DNA from: Blastocladiella emersonii ATCC 22665
Taxonomy: Eukaryota > Fungi > Blastocladiomycota
Length of the DNA: 64,000 nt
NCBI GenBank assembly: GCA_025594325.1
Contig: JANHCV010000011.1
Coordinates: 372,001-436,000, forward strand
Direction of reading: 5' to 3'
Positions 22,206 through 38,400 of the stretch are shown here, piece after piece. A program made the position numbers and the translations under genes. How positions within the stretch are numbered: the stretch's first letter is position 1; each line of letters starts with the position of its first letter. The notes beneath the pieces are model-generated. The model was not told where the DNA came from and did not search any database. It saw only the letters and a program-made list of their open reading frames with translations.

Positions 22206-23898
22206 ATGACAGACCAGGCCGCCCCCGTCGTTGCGGCGCCCACCTCGCCCGCGGTGTTGTCCGCGGAGCCCGCCGTCGAGGCGCCCGCGCCGGCCCCGGC
22301 CCGCGAGTACAACTCGCCCAAGATCCAGGACGGCGACTACCTCCTGCTCGTGCTGCCGTCCGAGAACAAGCGGCTGGTTCAGATCAAGGCCAACGAGTAC
22401 GGACTAGGCGCCGTGCCGCGGGCGGCCATGGAGCCTGACCCCTTGCGTGCCGTCTTCTAGGACCATTGAGCTCGGCAAGTTCGGCCGGTTCGAGTCCAAC
22501 GCGCTGATCGGTCGTCTGTACAACGTGACGTACAGCATCGGCGCCAACGGGGCGCTGGCGGAGAGCTCGCGGCGGACCAACGACGCGGCGTTCGAGATGG
22601 TCGTCGACGTGCCCGAGAACAACAACCGCGAGATCTACGACGACAACGCCAACCAAAAGCTGACGAACCAGGACATTGAGGCGCTGCGCGCCGAGAAGAC
22701 GGGCGACGACCTCATCAACGCCATCATCTCCAACCACACGGATTTCGACAAGAAGACCGAGTTCTCCAAGGCAAAGTACATCAAGAAGAAGCGCGAAAAG
22801 TTCCTCCGCCAGTTCACGCCCACCAAGATCGACGCGGCCACGCTGTGCGAGTACCACTTTGAGAAGAACCCGTTCAAGATCAAGGAGATGCGCCTCGATA
22901 TCCTCGCCCTGCTCCTGTCGAGCGCCAACATCCGCCCGCACGCCCGCGTCCTCGTCTTTGACGACACCCTCGGCATGCTGACCGCTGCGATCCTCGAGCG
23001 CATGGGCGGCATGGGCCAGGTCGTCGCCCTCCACGAGACGCTGTCGCAGAACCTCAACACGATCCGCTGCATGAACTTTTCGCCCGAGATCCTCGACTCG
23101 TACGTCACCGTGCCCCTGTCGCGCGCGTTCCCGCTCGAGTCGGAGAGTACGTTTTCGTGGTCGTGGGGCGGATGGTGCCCTGGTCGCTGACACTTGCCCT
23201 CGTCGTGTGTAGTGGAGGCGTGGGAGGCCGAGGCCGACAAGGCCGAGCTCCGCGGCAAGCCGACGTACCGCGAGCTGCGCAACCTGGTCCTCGCTGGCGG
23301 GTTTGACGCGTACGTTCGCTTCGATTTCGCTTCGATTGACCATACCCGCGTCACCCTCGCTGACCCACCACCGTGTAGCCTCGTGATCGCGACGAGCCTG
23401 GAGCCGCAGTCCGTGTTCAACCTGCTATCGCCGTACGTGGCGACGTCGCGCCCGATCGTGGTCTACCACACGGCGTCCAACGTGCTCGTCCCGCTGTACC
23501 AGCAGCTGCGCGAGTCGCCCGAGTACATCATGGCCAACCTGCTCACGACGTGGACGCGGCCGTACCAGGTCCTCCCGCAGCGCACCCACCCCGTCATGAA
23601 CATGTCGGGCCACGGCGGCGCCCTCGTCACCGCCATCAAGGTCGGCGCAGAGACCCTCAAGTCGTCCATGAACAAGGACGACCTCAAGCGTGTCGCCAAG
23701 GTCGGACGCACCAAGCAGCCTATCGGCAAGAAGCGGCCCGCGAGCACCACGCCGTCGGACGCGCCTGTCGGTGAGGATGAGGCGTCCAAGCGCGCACGCG
23801 TCGACTCGCCCGCGACGTCCGAGGACGCGTCCACGTCTACTCCGTCCGCGGTGTCCGCGCCCGCGAATGTGGAGATGGCTGACGCCGAGCAGGCGTAG
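22206..23898 (+). CDS. TRM6: tRNA (adenine58-N1)-methyltransferase non-catalytic subunit
   Basis: Exons 22206-22396, 22461-23146, 23213-23309 and 23379-23898. Motifs NNREIYDDNANQKLTNQDIEALR, NHTDFDKKTEFSKAKYIKKKREKF, MRLDILALLLSSANI and YQVLPQRTHPVMNMSGHGG. Confidence 0.93.
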
Positions 23899-24056
23899 AC
23901 TGACGGTTTTTGTTTTCATCTATACATGGTAGCTCACGATACGATAGAACCTTTCGCAAGAAGCCTCTGCGGCACACACTCATGTATTCCGGCACTCTCG
24001 CCAACGAGACACACACGAGCCGCCGCGCACCACCTACGACCCGCATCGTACCCTCG

Positions 24057-25507
24057 TCACGTCGACGGCGGCGGCATCATCCCCATCCGCATCTGCGGCG
24101 GCGGCGGCAACCCGCGTCTGCCAGGCGGGCCGACCATCCCGGGGATGGGCCCCGGCGGCGGGGCCATGGGCATCGAGAACGGCGGCGGGACGACGCCCGG
24201 CGCAGGGAACATTCCCCCGTGCGCGTGCGGCGGCGGGAACATCCCGCCAAATCCTGCTGCTGCGCCGGGCGGGACGAACCCGGGGACCGCGCCAGACATG
24301 GCGCCAGGCATGGCGCCGGGTGGCGGGATCATCCCCATGGCGGGCGACCCCGCCGTCAGGTGCGCGAGGTACGCGGCGTAGAGGGCGTCGAGGAAGTGCG
24401 GGTCGTGGGTGACGCGGAACACGAGCGCGTCACGGACCGCGTCGCGCGAGGGCAGGCCCGGCGGGAGCGCGGACCCGGCCAGCGGGAACGCGGCGGTGGC
24501 GAGGCGCATGGGGTCGACGACGGCGGGCGCGGGGGCGGCGGGCGCGGTGGGAGGCGCGTCGGGCGCAGTGGAGGAGGCCGAGGCGAGGGACGAGGGCGAC
24601 GAGAGCGGCGCGGGCGCGGGTGCAGGCGCTGCGGGTGCGTCGACCGAGAGTTTGCCGAGCAGGCGGCCGAGGTCGCCGTCGACAGCGGGCGCGGCAGCGG
24701 CAGAAGGAGTAGGTGTCGTGGATTCGACAGAGGACGAGGACGACTGCTGGACGCGCTTGAGCAGGCCCATGAGGTCGTTCTGCGCCGTGGCAAGGAACGC
24801 GGACTTGTCGCCGTCGTCGCGACCCGCGGGCAGGGCCTGCGCCTGCGCCTGCTCCTCCTCGAGCTTGCGCAGCGTGGCCGAGTCGGTCGTCTCCTTCTGG
24901 CAGAGACTGGACACGCGCAAAGTGAGCCCGAGAGAACCGCCATCGGCGAGACGGGTCAAACGTACTCGGTGACGAGGCCGTGGAAACGCTCGCGGTCCTT
25001 GTCCTCGTAGAACCAGAGCCCCATGATCTGGGCGTCGCTGTTCTGGAACAGCAGGTAGCCGCCGTTGACCTTGAAGGCGAGGTCGCGGGTGAGCGGCAGC
25101 GTGTAGTTGGTGGTGCTGAGGCGGTTCATGATGAAGAGGCCGTGCGACGGCGCCGCCGACCGCGCGAACAGGAACATGGTGCCCTCGGTGCCGACCTTGT
25201 TCTACACCCGGACGGAGGGCGTTAGTGGGCCCTTCCAGCGCAGGGGAGCAAGCGGTGCGCGTACCCATCGCGCGTTCTCGTAGCAGTACAGCACGACCTG
25301 CGGCGTCGAGTCGACAATGTGGGTGACGAGCGGGTCCTTTCGCCGCAGCACGTTGAGGTTGGCCTGCAGGCGAATGTCCTCCTTGGAGAGGCCGGCGGCG
25401 GCGGCGCCTGCTCCTGGGGCCGAGGCCGGGCGGCCAGCCGGGGCAGCGGCAGAGCGGGGCTTGGTGGCAGCGCTGGCGCCGTTGCTTCCTTTTCTCTTGT
25501 TCGTCAT
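24057..25507 (-). CDS. DCP1: mRNA-decapping enzyme subunit 1
   Basis: Exons 25507-25265, 25201-24966 and 24906-24057. EVH1 domain NLNVLRRKDP..VVLY..W-NKVGTEGTMFL..FIMNRLS..GLWFY; C-terminal RDAVRDALVFRVTHDPHFLDALYAAY. Confidence 0.9.
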
Positions 25508-25763
25508 GGTGTTGATACGTAGCAGCTGCGTGAGCGGGCAAGGAGCGAGAGCAGAGACGCGTTGGGCGCGGCCCTGATGAGGCAGCCTCGCTGCGGCCGG
25601 GCGGACCCGGGTGGCGCAACTCGCGCGAGAGGATCGACGGCGCGCCCACCTGACGCGGCCAGCCCGAGCCACCTCGGCCGATCGCGGCAACCTTGCCTCG
25701 CGCTGCTCTGTTGACGATCCCTTCTCCTCTCCCTCTCTGCTACCCGCAAACCACGTAACTGCA

Positions 25764-26074
25764 ATGCATCCGACGCTCGAGAACCCGCACCTGGTGACCT
25801 GCCAGCAGATCATCCACGCGCTCAACGAGTGCCACGTCAACTCGGGGTGGAAAAAGTACCTCGGCGCGTGCAACGACCTCAAGCACAAGCTCAACGACTG
25901 CCTGACCGAGGACGTACGTCGTCTGCCCTCACTTGCGTGGGTCGTGTCGCGGAGCACTCACGTACCGAGCACCCGCGCCCGCAGTACGTGCAACGCCGCG
26001 CCGTCAACGCGGCCGAGGCCAAGGCGCGCCGCGAGAAGGCCAAGCAGGTGTGGAGCGACCTCGAGCTCAAGTAA
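25764..26074 (+). CDS. CMC2: Twin CX9C cytochrome c oxidase assembly factor (Cmc2/Cmc1 family)
   Basis: Exons 25764-25913 and 25985-26074: MHPTLENPHLVTCQQIIHALNECH..KYLGACNDLKHKLNDCL..R..N..KAR. Confidence 0.88.
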
Positions 26075-26196
26075 TCGATCACCCGGTGATGTTCCCCCGC
26101 AAGTGTATATAGGCTATTCGTTTTCATTCGTCCATCCGCAGCGGGATGGGGAGGGTGGGGTAGTAGTGGACAGACAGCAACTTCATCAGCAACGAC

Positions 26197-27738
26197 TCAC
26201 GGCAGCTTCTCGAGCGCGTCGCTCAGCGTGTACAGCTCGCTGCGCAGCGACTGCGCGAGGCGGACGAGCTTCTCCTTGGTGTCGAGCACCTCGATCGTCT
26301 CGGTGACCGCGTTGTACCGCACCGAGAAGGGCCGCTTGAGGCCCGCCGCGTACTCGCGCACCTTGTCCTTGGCGTCGCGGAAGCTCTCGGCGACGTAGTA
26401 GACGGGCTGGAACTCGCAGATCGGGTACTCGGTGACGGCGGCGCGCGCCGGGTCGAACGGGCGCAGCTCGGGCTTGCCCGACACGCAGTACTCGAGCTCG
26501 CCGATCGACGACAGCAGGCCCGCGCCGTACGCCTTGAGGGCGTCGCCCTCCTTGCACATGCCGTACTCGACCGTGAACCAGTACACGGTGGCGAGCTTCT
26601 TGATGTCGGCGTCGCTCGCGCCAATCGACGCCATGCCGATCTGCTGCGAGAACTCGGCGAAATCCGGGTCCGCGAACAGCGGCACGTGGCCCAGCAGCTC
26701 GTGGCAGATGTCGGGCTCGGGCGTGTAGTAGGGCTTGGAGTGGTGCCGGATGTACTGCGTGCCGTAGAAGACGCGAAACGCGAGCGCGTTCAGGAAATCG
26801 CGGGACGACAGCAGGCCCATGACGGGGCGGATCGTGAACCCGGTGCACTCCTTGAGGAACTTGGAGATATCGGCCTGCTGCGGGATGTTGTCGCGCGCGT
26901 ACCCGCAGTTCTTCTCGAGCAGCCGGAAAATGTACTGGTGCTCGCGGCACGCGTGCGTCGCGTACAGCGCCGTCAGCTGGTCGTACACGAGCCCCCACGT
27001 CTTGACCTCGTCGGTCGTGTACTCGACGTGCGGCAGCGGCATCCCCGTGCGGTACGCGGCCGCGTTGGCCGTGATGCGCGCGCGCCGCTCGCGGTACGCC
27101 GCGTCCGTGAACCCCGGGTGGTCCGCGTCCAGCTCGGCCCCGAAACTCAGCACCTTGCTCGAGAACGAGTCGAGGTCCGTCAGCTTGCGCGGGAACCACG
27201 GCATCGCGTCCGTCGCCCCCGTGTTGCTCGCGACGCGCACCACGCGCGCTGGACCCGTCGTCGACAGGTGCGCCACGACGCGGTCGATCTGCGCCTGGTC
27301 GGCGGCGTCGAAATCCACGAAAAAGTCGTAGTCCCACTCCTTGGTCTTGGACGGGCGCGACTCGATGCGCGTCAGCGAGATGCCCAGGTCGGTCGCCAGG
27401 ATCCGCAGCACCTCGTCCAGCGTCCCGACGCCGTCCTCGATCGAGAACAGCAGCGTCGTCCGCTTCGGCTCGCACGACGACGTGATGGGCGATGTCACGG
27501 GCGGCGGCGCGTTGGTGCTCGCGGCCGACGCGGCAACGGCTGCCGACTTGAGGTCCTTGGGCGCGGCGGCAGCGGGCTTGGGCGCGGCAGGCGCCTTGGC
27601 AGCAGCGGCCGTCGCGAGCCAGCGCTGGGCCGCGGTGGCGGCGGCAGGAGCGGCAAGCGGGCGCGGCGCGAGGGCGGTGGCGGTGGAGCGCGCCGCTGCA
27701 GCGCAGAAGAGCGGCGCCGTCGAGCGCGCGAACATCAT
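26197..27738 (-). CDS. PAH: Phenylalanine 4-hydroxylase (ACT + biopterin-dependent hydroxylase domain) with an N-terminal presequence
   Basis: ACT domain (RIESRPSK..YDFFVD); PWFPRK; DHPGFTD..YRERR; TQYIRH..PYYTPEPDICHELLGHVP; YWFTVEYG (Trp as in PAH, not the Phe of TPH); KAYGAGLLSS; FQPVYYVAESF. Confidence 0.93.
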   Translation of the reverse strand: MMFARSTAPLFCAAAARSTATALAPRPLAAPAAATAAQRWLATAAAAKAPAAPKPAAAAPKDLKSAAVAASAASTNAPPPVTSPITSSCEPKRTTLLFSIEDGVGTLDEVLRILATDLGISLTRIESRPSKTKEWDYDFFVDFDAADQAQIDRVVAHLSTTGPARVVRVASNTGATDAMPWFPRKLTDLDSFSSKVLSFGAELDADHPGFTDAAYRERRARITANAAAYRTGMPLPHVEYTTDEVKTWGLVYDQLTALYATHACREHQYIFRLLEKNCGYARDNIPQQADISKFLKECTGFTIRPVMGLLSSRDFLNALAFRVFYGTQYIRHHSKPYYTPEPDICHELLGHVPLFADPDFAEFSQQIGMASIGASDADIKKLATVYWFTVEYGMCKEGDALKAYGAGLLSSIGELEYCVSGKPELRPFDPARAAVTEYPICEFQPVYYVAESFRDAKDKVREYAAGLKRPFSVRYNAVTETIEVLDTKEKLVRLAQSLRSELYTLSDALEKLP

Positions 27739-27803
27739 GGTGTGTAGCTACGTTTTGCGTTGGATCGCAAGGGAGCGGAGAGGAGAGTGTAGTCGGGAGC
27801 GGA

Positions 27804-27812
27804 TTTTATATA
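27804..27812 (-). promoter_or_regulatory. TATA-like element upstream of PAH
   Basis: TATATAAAA on the minus strand about 65 nt upstream of the PAH ATG, in otherwise GC-rich sequence. Confidence 0.55.
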
Positions 27813-28092
27813 CGCCGGCGACCCGACCCGGCTCCTCCCCAACGAGCAGCCCCATGACCCACGCGCGCCCCCGGATCCGGCCGCTCCGGTCATGTTCCTT
27901 GCACGGCCGAGCGTGTTGGCGGACTTCAGTGGCGCCAAAATTAGGTTCCCCGGTTGTCCCACGTCGCGTCGCGCGCCCCGCCACGCCGCCGGCCAACGGG
28001 GCCACCCAACTCGGCCGGAGAAACGGGGCCACGAAGTGAAGGGCATCTCTAACGTTTATGTCTGCGCCTCGCCGCGGCCATCAGTGATACGA

Positions 28093-32965
<4,873 letters not shown>

Positions 32966-33188
32966 CCGCGGCGTCTAGATCACTCACTCAGCGTTCGAGG
33001 ACAGAGGAGAGAGAGAGCGCCGATCCGCCCTCTTCCCGCCCAAGACGGCGGCGCCCAGGGCGGCGCCCGAGCTGTTGCATGCAGTTTCCATGGTTGTTGT
33101 GATGCAGAGCGAGGCTGCGTCGCCGCGAGAAGTTGGAGTATTTATTTACAAGGACGTCTGTGTATATTTCATCCGGTCCGGCGACTCG

Positions 33189-34970
33189 CTACTCGTCGTC
33201 GCTGCTGGTGCACAGGTCGATGACCTCGGTCACGCCCCGGCGCTGCGGCTGCGGCGGCGGCTGCGGCGCGTCGTTGGACCGGTGCTTTTTGGGCGGGTGC
33301 TGCGGGGCCCGCTGCGAGCCCGACGACGACGATGCCGAGGCGCCCGCGGTTGCCGCCGAGTTGCTGCGGTCGCGGCTGACCTCGCTCGCGGGCCGCTTGG
33401 TCCCGCTCGTGTTGGGCTGCTGGGACTGCGAGGGCCCGCTGCTGCTGCCGTCCTTGGCCTTGGGCGAAAAGTACTTGGTGATGGACGACTGGCGCGAGGC
33501 CGAGGCAGCGTTGCCGGAGCGTTTGGACGCGGCCGAGGGCGACGGCGACTTGTTGACGGCGGCGCGCCCGGTGGCGGCGCGCTGCGGGGTCGGAGCCGGG
33601 CGGGCGGGCGACCTGTCCTCGTCGGATGAGGAGATCTCGATGACCTCGCACTTCGTGGTGCTGGGAGCCGCGGTCGTACGGGCGGGCGCCGCCGTGGCCT
33701 TGCCCTTGGTGGGCACCGGCATGTGGAACGGCGGGCCGGGCAGCGGCGACCGAGGGCGCGCGGGTGGGGCAGCGGGGGCCGAGGACGACGCGGTGGCGGC
33801 TGCTGCTGCCGACGACGATGCGGAGGTAGCGGCGGCGGGAGCCGACGACTTGGCGGCAGCACCAGCGGAAGCCGAGGAGGCCGAGGCCTTGTTATTCCGG
33901 AGGTACGCGACCGAGGCAGCAGCGGCCGCGGCAATGGCGGCGGCAGTAGGCTGCGGCTCGGGCTCGACCAGCCGCGCGACGGGCGCAGCGTCGGCGTCGA
34001 GGTCCACGGCCGCCGACGACTTGGCGGCGAGCGGGGACGAGGGCAGGGCGTGCTGCGACGCAAAGGCGCCCGGGCTGTCGAAGAGGTCGGGCGACTCGAC
34101 GGTGGCGGTCTGCGGGGTCTGGGTCCTGCGCTTCCTCCGCGCGGGCGAGATCGGGGAGGAGGGCGAGATGACGGCGGCGGCGGCGGGGGCGGGGTTGGTG
34201 CGGCGCGGCGGCTCGACGTGGATCAGGTCCTCGGACCCGACGCGCACGGGCGACGAGCTCGGCAGCATGAGGGAGGTGGTAGCCTCGGCGGCGTCGTCGG
34301 CGGCGGGCAGCGGCATGGCGGACCCGAGCACGGCCGACTCGGGGAGGCGGTAGTCGAAGACGAAGGTGTAGAGGAGGCGGAAGCGCTCCGTCTTGTTGGA
34401 GTAGACCTGGCGGGCGGGGCCGAGGACCCTGCCGTAGGCGGTGGTCTGGACGACGCGGGCGGCGCCGGGCGCGCCGGCGGGGGCGACGAGCTGCTTGTCC
34501 CAGGTCGGGTCGGCCGGGTGGAAGATGCGCGACTTGTCGGTGACGCCCCACTCGTCGCGCGGGCGCACGCGGCCCTCCCAGATCTCGACGCGGATCTCGG
34601 CGAGGCCGGCGACCTGGGCGCGGCGGGCCGGGGCGGCGTCGGCGGGGGCGTCGGCGTCGGCGGGGGCAAAGGCGAGGCGGCGGCGCTGGCCGTTGATGTT
34701 GGCGTACTCGAAGATGGAGCGCTCGGGCAGGACCGGCAGGCAGTACCCGGTCGACCCGGCCTTGCGGCCGTCGACGATGCGGCGGCACAGCAGTTTGTCC
34801 TTGAGCGCCTTGCTCCACACCATGACCTGGATCGCGTACTCGGCGTGCGCCGGGTACAGCGTGCACCGGGCCTCGATCGACCCGTCGGGCAGCGTCGTCT
34901 GCGTCGCCTTGAACTCGAGCGCGAGCGCGCCGTCCGTCCACAGCACCACGTCGACGTCCTCGATGCGCAT
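33189..34970 (-). CDS. Hypothetical protein: N-terminal DUF7918-like beta domain plus disordered tail with SIM-like motifs
   Basis: Globular N-terminus (AEYAIQV..IVDG..LAFAP..LAEIRVEIWEG..YTFVFDYR) followed by an Ala/Ser/Pro-rich tail containing EVIEISSSDED and EVIDLCTSSDDE. Confidence 0.65.
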   Translation of the reverse strand: MRIEDVDVVLWTDGALALEFKATQTTLPDGSIEARCTLYPAHAEYAIQVMVWSKALKDKLLCRRIVDGRKAGSTGYCLPVLPERSIFEYANINGQRRRLAFAPADADAPADAAPARRAQVAGLAEIRVEIWEGRVRPRDEWGVTDKSRIFHPADPTWDKQLVAPAGAPGAARVVQTTAYGRVLGPARQVYSNKTERFRLLYTFVFDYRLPESAVLGSAMPLPAADDAAEATTSLMLPSSSPVRVGSEDLIHVEPPRRTNPAPAAAAVISPSSPISPARRKRRTQTPQTATVESPDLFDSPGAFASQHALPSSPLAAKSSAAVDLDADAAPVARLVEPEPQPTAAAIAAAAAASVAYLRNNKASASSASAGAAAKSSAPAAATSASSSAAAAATASSSAPAAPPARPRSPLPGPPFHMPVPTKGKATAAPARTTAAPSTTKCEVIEISSSDEDRSPARPAPTPQRAATGRAAVNKSPSPSAASKRSGNAASASRQSSITKYFSPKAKDGSSSGPSQSQQPNTSGTKRPASEVSRDRSNSAATAGASASSSSGSQRAPQHPPKKHRSNDAPQPPPQPQRRGVTEVIDLCTSSDDE

Positions 34971-35435
34971 GGTGCGAGTAGTGGTGGTAGTGGTGAGTGG
35001 TCGTGTGAGTGCTGGTAGTGCTAGGTTGCGGGATCCGTTGCAGTGGGGTGCGGCTGCGCTTCAAAGGGAGAGAGCGGAGCGAAGACGATGCATAGACGCA
35101 ACGCGGACGGGCGACCCTGCGGGCGACCAGTGCGAAAACCGCGAGTTTCGGGCCGTCGCAAGGCGCACGCGCGCTCGCGTGACGCGAGGGACCCGGTTTT
35201 GCCGCGTCGCGGTGGCTGATGAGGGCGCGGGCTTGGACTGCGCCACATCGCCTCGCGGAATCCCGAACCACCATGTCATGGAGCCGCACGCAACCGCGAG
35301 TCGCCGCAATGGGGCGCACTCGTCGCCCTCGAGGCGCTGCCAGGAGCGTGGGCCGCCATCCCACCGACCACCGACATCCTCGCCGTGACCGACAACTTGC
35401 TGCATTGACCCCGCGGCCCGCCGCACCCTGCCGCC

Positions 35436-38400
35436 ATGCCGTCGCCGCGACGAGTCCCCTGCTCGCGCCAGCGATGGTGGTTGATTCTTGCCATTATCTT
35501 CGCCACCCTCGTGTGGACGGCCCCGCTTGAAGCGCTGGCCGCCGAAAGCAGCGACCCGCCGTCCGCACTCGCCGCCCCACCATCACGGAGGCATCTCCGC
35601 AAACGCCAGGCCGGCCAGGACCTGCTCGCGCAGCTCGCCGTCGACATGGACCCGACGGGCGCCGCCGCGCGGGAACCCGCGCCGCCGGCCTCGCTCGCGC
35701 CCGCGGCGGCGCCCAACGGATCGTCGGCCCAGGTCTTTGCCATGCCGCCGCCCGCGCAGTTTCCGCCGACTGGACCGCGCATTGCGGCCGCCGTCACCAA
35801 CTTCACCGCGGGCACGCTGCTATGGGACATGATGAGCCGCATCGCGAGCGAGACCATCGCCTTTGACGTGACCAACACCACCAACACGCGCGTCCGCGGC
35901 CTCGCCCTCGTCGACGGCGTCGTGTCCGACCCGGGCCCAAACGGGATCGTCAACGCGTCCCCGCCCGGGCCCAACGTGCTCTCGCTCGGCGTCATGCTCC
36001 CGCTCAACATCACTTCGTTCCTCCGCCGCCGCGAGTACTGGCGTACGTGTCTCTCTCAATCGATCTAGGCGCGGTCATCGGCTCACTCGCGCAACCATAG
36101 TGATCCTCTACGGCGTCCAGTTCGGCGTTCAGCTCGCCCTCAAGGCCGGCAACCTGCCCGGCACCACGGTCCGCCTGCTCGCCCCCAACACCTACAACGA
36201 GGCCAACGGGTCGGGCCGGTCCGCCGCCGTCGCCCAGTTCCTGCTCAAGCAGTCCGTCTCGGGCGTCATCGGCGACGGCACCGCGCAGAAATCCCTGATC
36301 CCGGCCTCGCTCTTCGCCCTCAACCGCATCCCCATGTGCTCGCCGTACGCGTCGTCGCCGTCCATTGACGCACCGAAACCCGTCCCCGCCTTCTACCGCC
36401 CGATCCGCCACCTCGACATTGACGTGGCCGCGCTCCTCGAGCTGTGCCGGTCCATGAAGTGGCGCCGCATCGGCCTCATCTACGACGAGTCCAAGGACGA
36501 CCTGCTCTACATCACACGCTCCATCCTGCGCAACACGCTGTCGTCGACGGGCGGCGCCGCCGTCGGCAACGGGACCCACGCGGCGATTCCGACCGGCAAG
36601 AGTGGCGACCCGATCGCCGCCCCCGACGCCGCGGGACGCAACTTGACGGCCCGCCCGCTCCTCGAGCTCACGTTCCAGATGGGCCCGCCCGCCACCTGGT
36701 CAAAAGCCGAGCGCGCCGCCCTGTGCCAGCGTATCCGCGACACCAAGTCCATGGTCATCGTGTCCGTGCTCCAGACCTTTGACAGCACCTACCTCGTCGC
36801 CACCCTCGACCACTGCGACCTGCTCACCCCGGACCGCGTCCTCATGTCCATGACCCCGCCGCTCATCACCAAGTCGCTCCCCGTGCCCGCCGGCATGCAC
36901 CAGGTCCTGCACGCCGCAGGGTCGCCGCCCATTACCACCGCGGCACCGCCGCCCCTGGAGACCTCGGCGGCAAAGTCGGGCGACACTACCGGGAACAAGA
37001 CGCAGGCGCGGTTCCAGCTCAACACCGTGGTCAAGAACCCGGACGCGAACGTGCTGTTCCTGTCGTCCATCTCGTCGCCGTTCCGCAACATGACGTACGC
37101 CATGGCGTCGGCCATGAGCCAGCTCAAGTTCCCGTACGCCGAGTTCCTCGCGCCCGACGACGACATCTCCGCCGTCAACCCCATCAAGTACATGGAGCTC
37201 GACGAGGCCATCGGGTGCGGGTACTCGATGACCGTCGGCCTGCACCGGTACGCCCAGCGCACCGGCGTCAAGCTGCCCGCACAGCTCACCGGTGCCGCGC
37301 TCGCCAATATCTCGCTCGCCGACTTCAACCAGTCGGCGCCCGGGTTCATCATCGACCCCAAGACCGGCGACCTGATCCCGCCGCACATCCTCATCGAGGT
37401 CGCCGCCTTCGCCGCCCCGCGATCCGGAAAGTTGTTCCGCCCGCTGTACGTGCTCACGGACCGCGGGCCCGGCGGCGGCATGGACCTGCGGCCTTGGACC
37501 CCGTTGCCGGGCGTCGTGAGCGCCACGCCCAACAACGTGACGGGTGCTGCCGCCGCGGTCGCGGCCGCCCATGCAGCCGCCAACGTGCAGGCGGCGCGCT
37601 CGCTCGTCCCCGCCGAGCCGTGGGAGCCGCCGCTCGCACGCGGCGACCGGCTCACCGACACCCCGCCCGTCGCGTACACGAACCCGATGTGGGGCACGCC
37701 CATGGCGACCGTGATGCTGGTCGTCGCGGTCGCCGTCGCGACCATGTCGCTGATCAAAGCCGTGGCGCTCCTCGCGCTGCAGTCGCACACGACGATCCGC
37801 GCCAGCACGCCGCTCGCGGGCGTCGTAATCTGTCTCGGGTCGGTGCTCATGGCGGCGTCAGCGGTGCTGTTCATCGGGATCCCGACGCGGCTGACGTGCC
37901 ACGCGCAGATCTGGACCGCGTCGCTCGGCCACTCGCTCGCCTACTCGGCGCTCCTCTCCAAGACGTACCGCATCCACAAGGTGTTCCACGCGCAGACCAT
38001 CAACGCCAAGGTCACGCTGCGCACGGTCTCGAAGTGGACGGCCACGATCGTCGCCGCCGAACTGGTCCTCCTCGCCGCCTTCTCGTGGCTCGTCGACCCG
38101 CGCCCGCAGCGCGTCCCCGTCGAGATCGCCGTCGAGTGGCACACGTGCGCGAGCACGGGCGTCGCGGCCGGAACCGTCAAGGGGATCCTGCTCGTGTGGA
38201 ACGTCGGTCTCTCGGTCGTCGCGGCGCTGCTCGCCATCAAAACGCGCAACGTGTACCACCAGTACAACGAGTCGCAGCTGCTCGCCATCACCATCTACAA
38301 CGAGGTCCTCGCGCTCATCGTCGTCGCCGCGTTCACGTTCAGCCCCGGGTTTGCGCCCCGCATCACCCCGCTGTACCAGGGCGCCCTCCTCTACCTCGCC

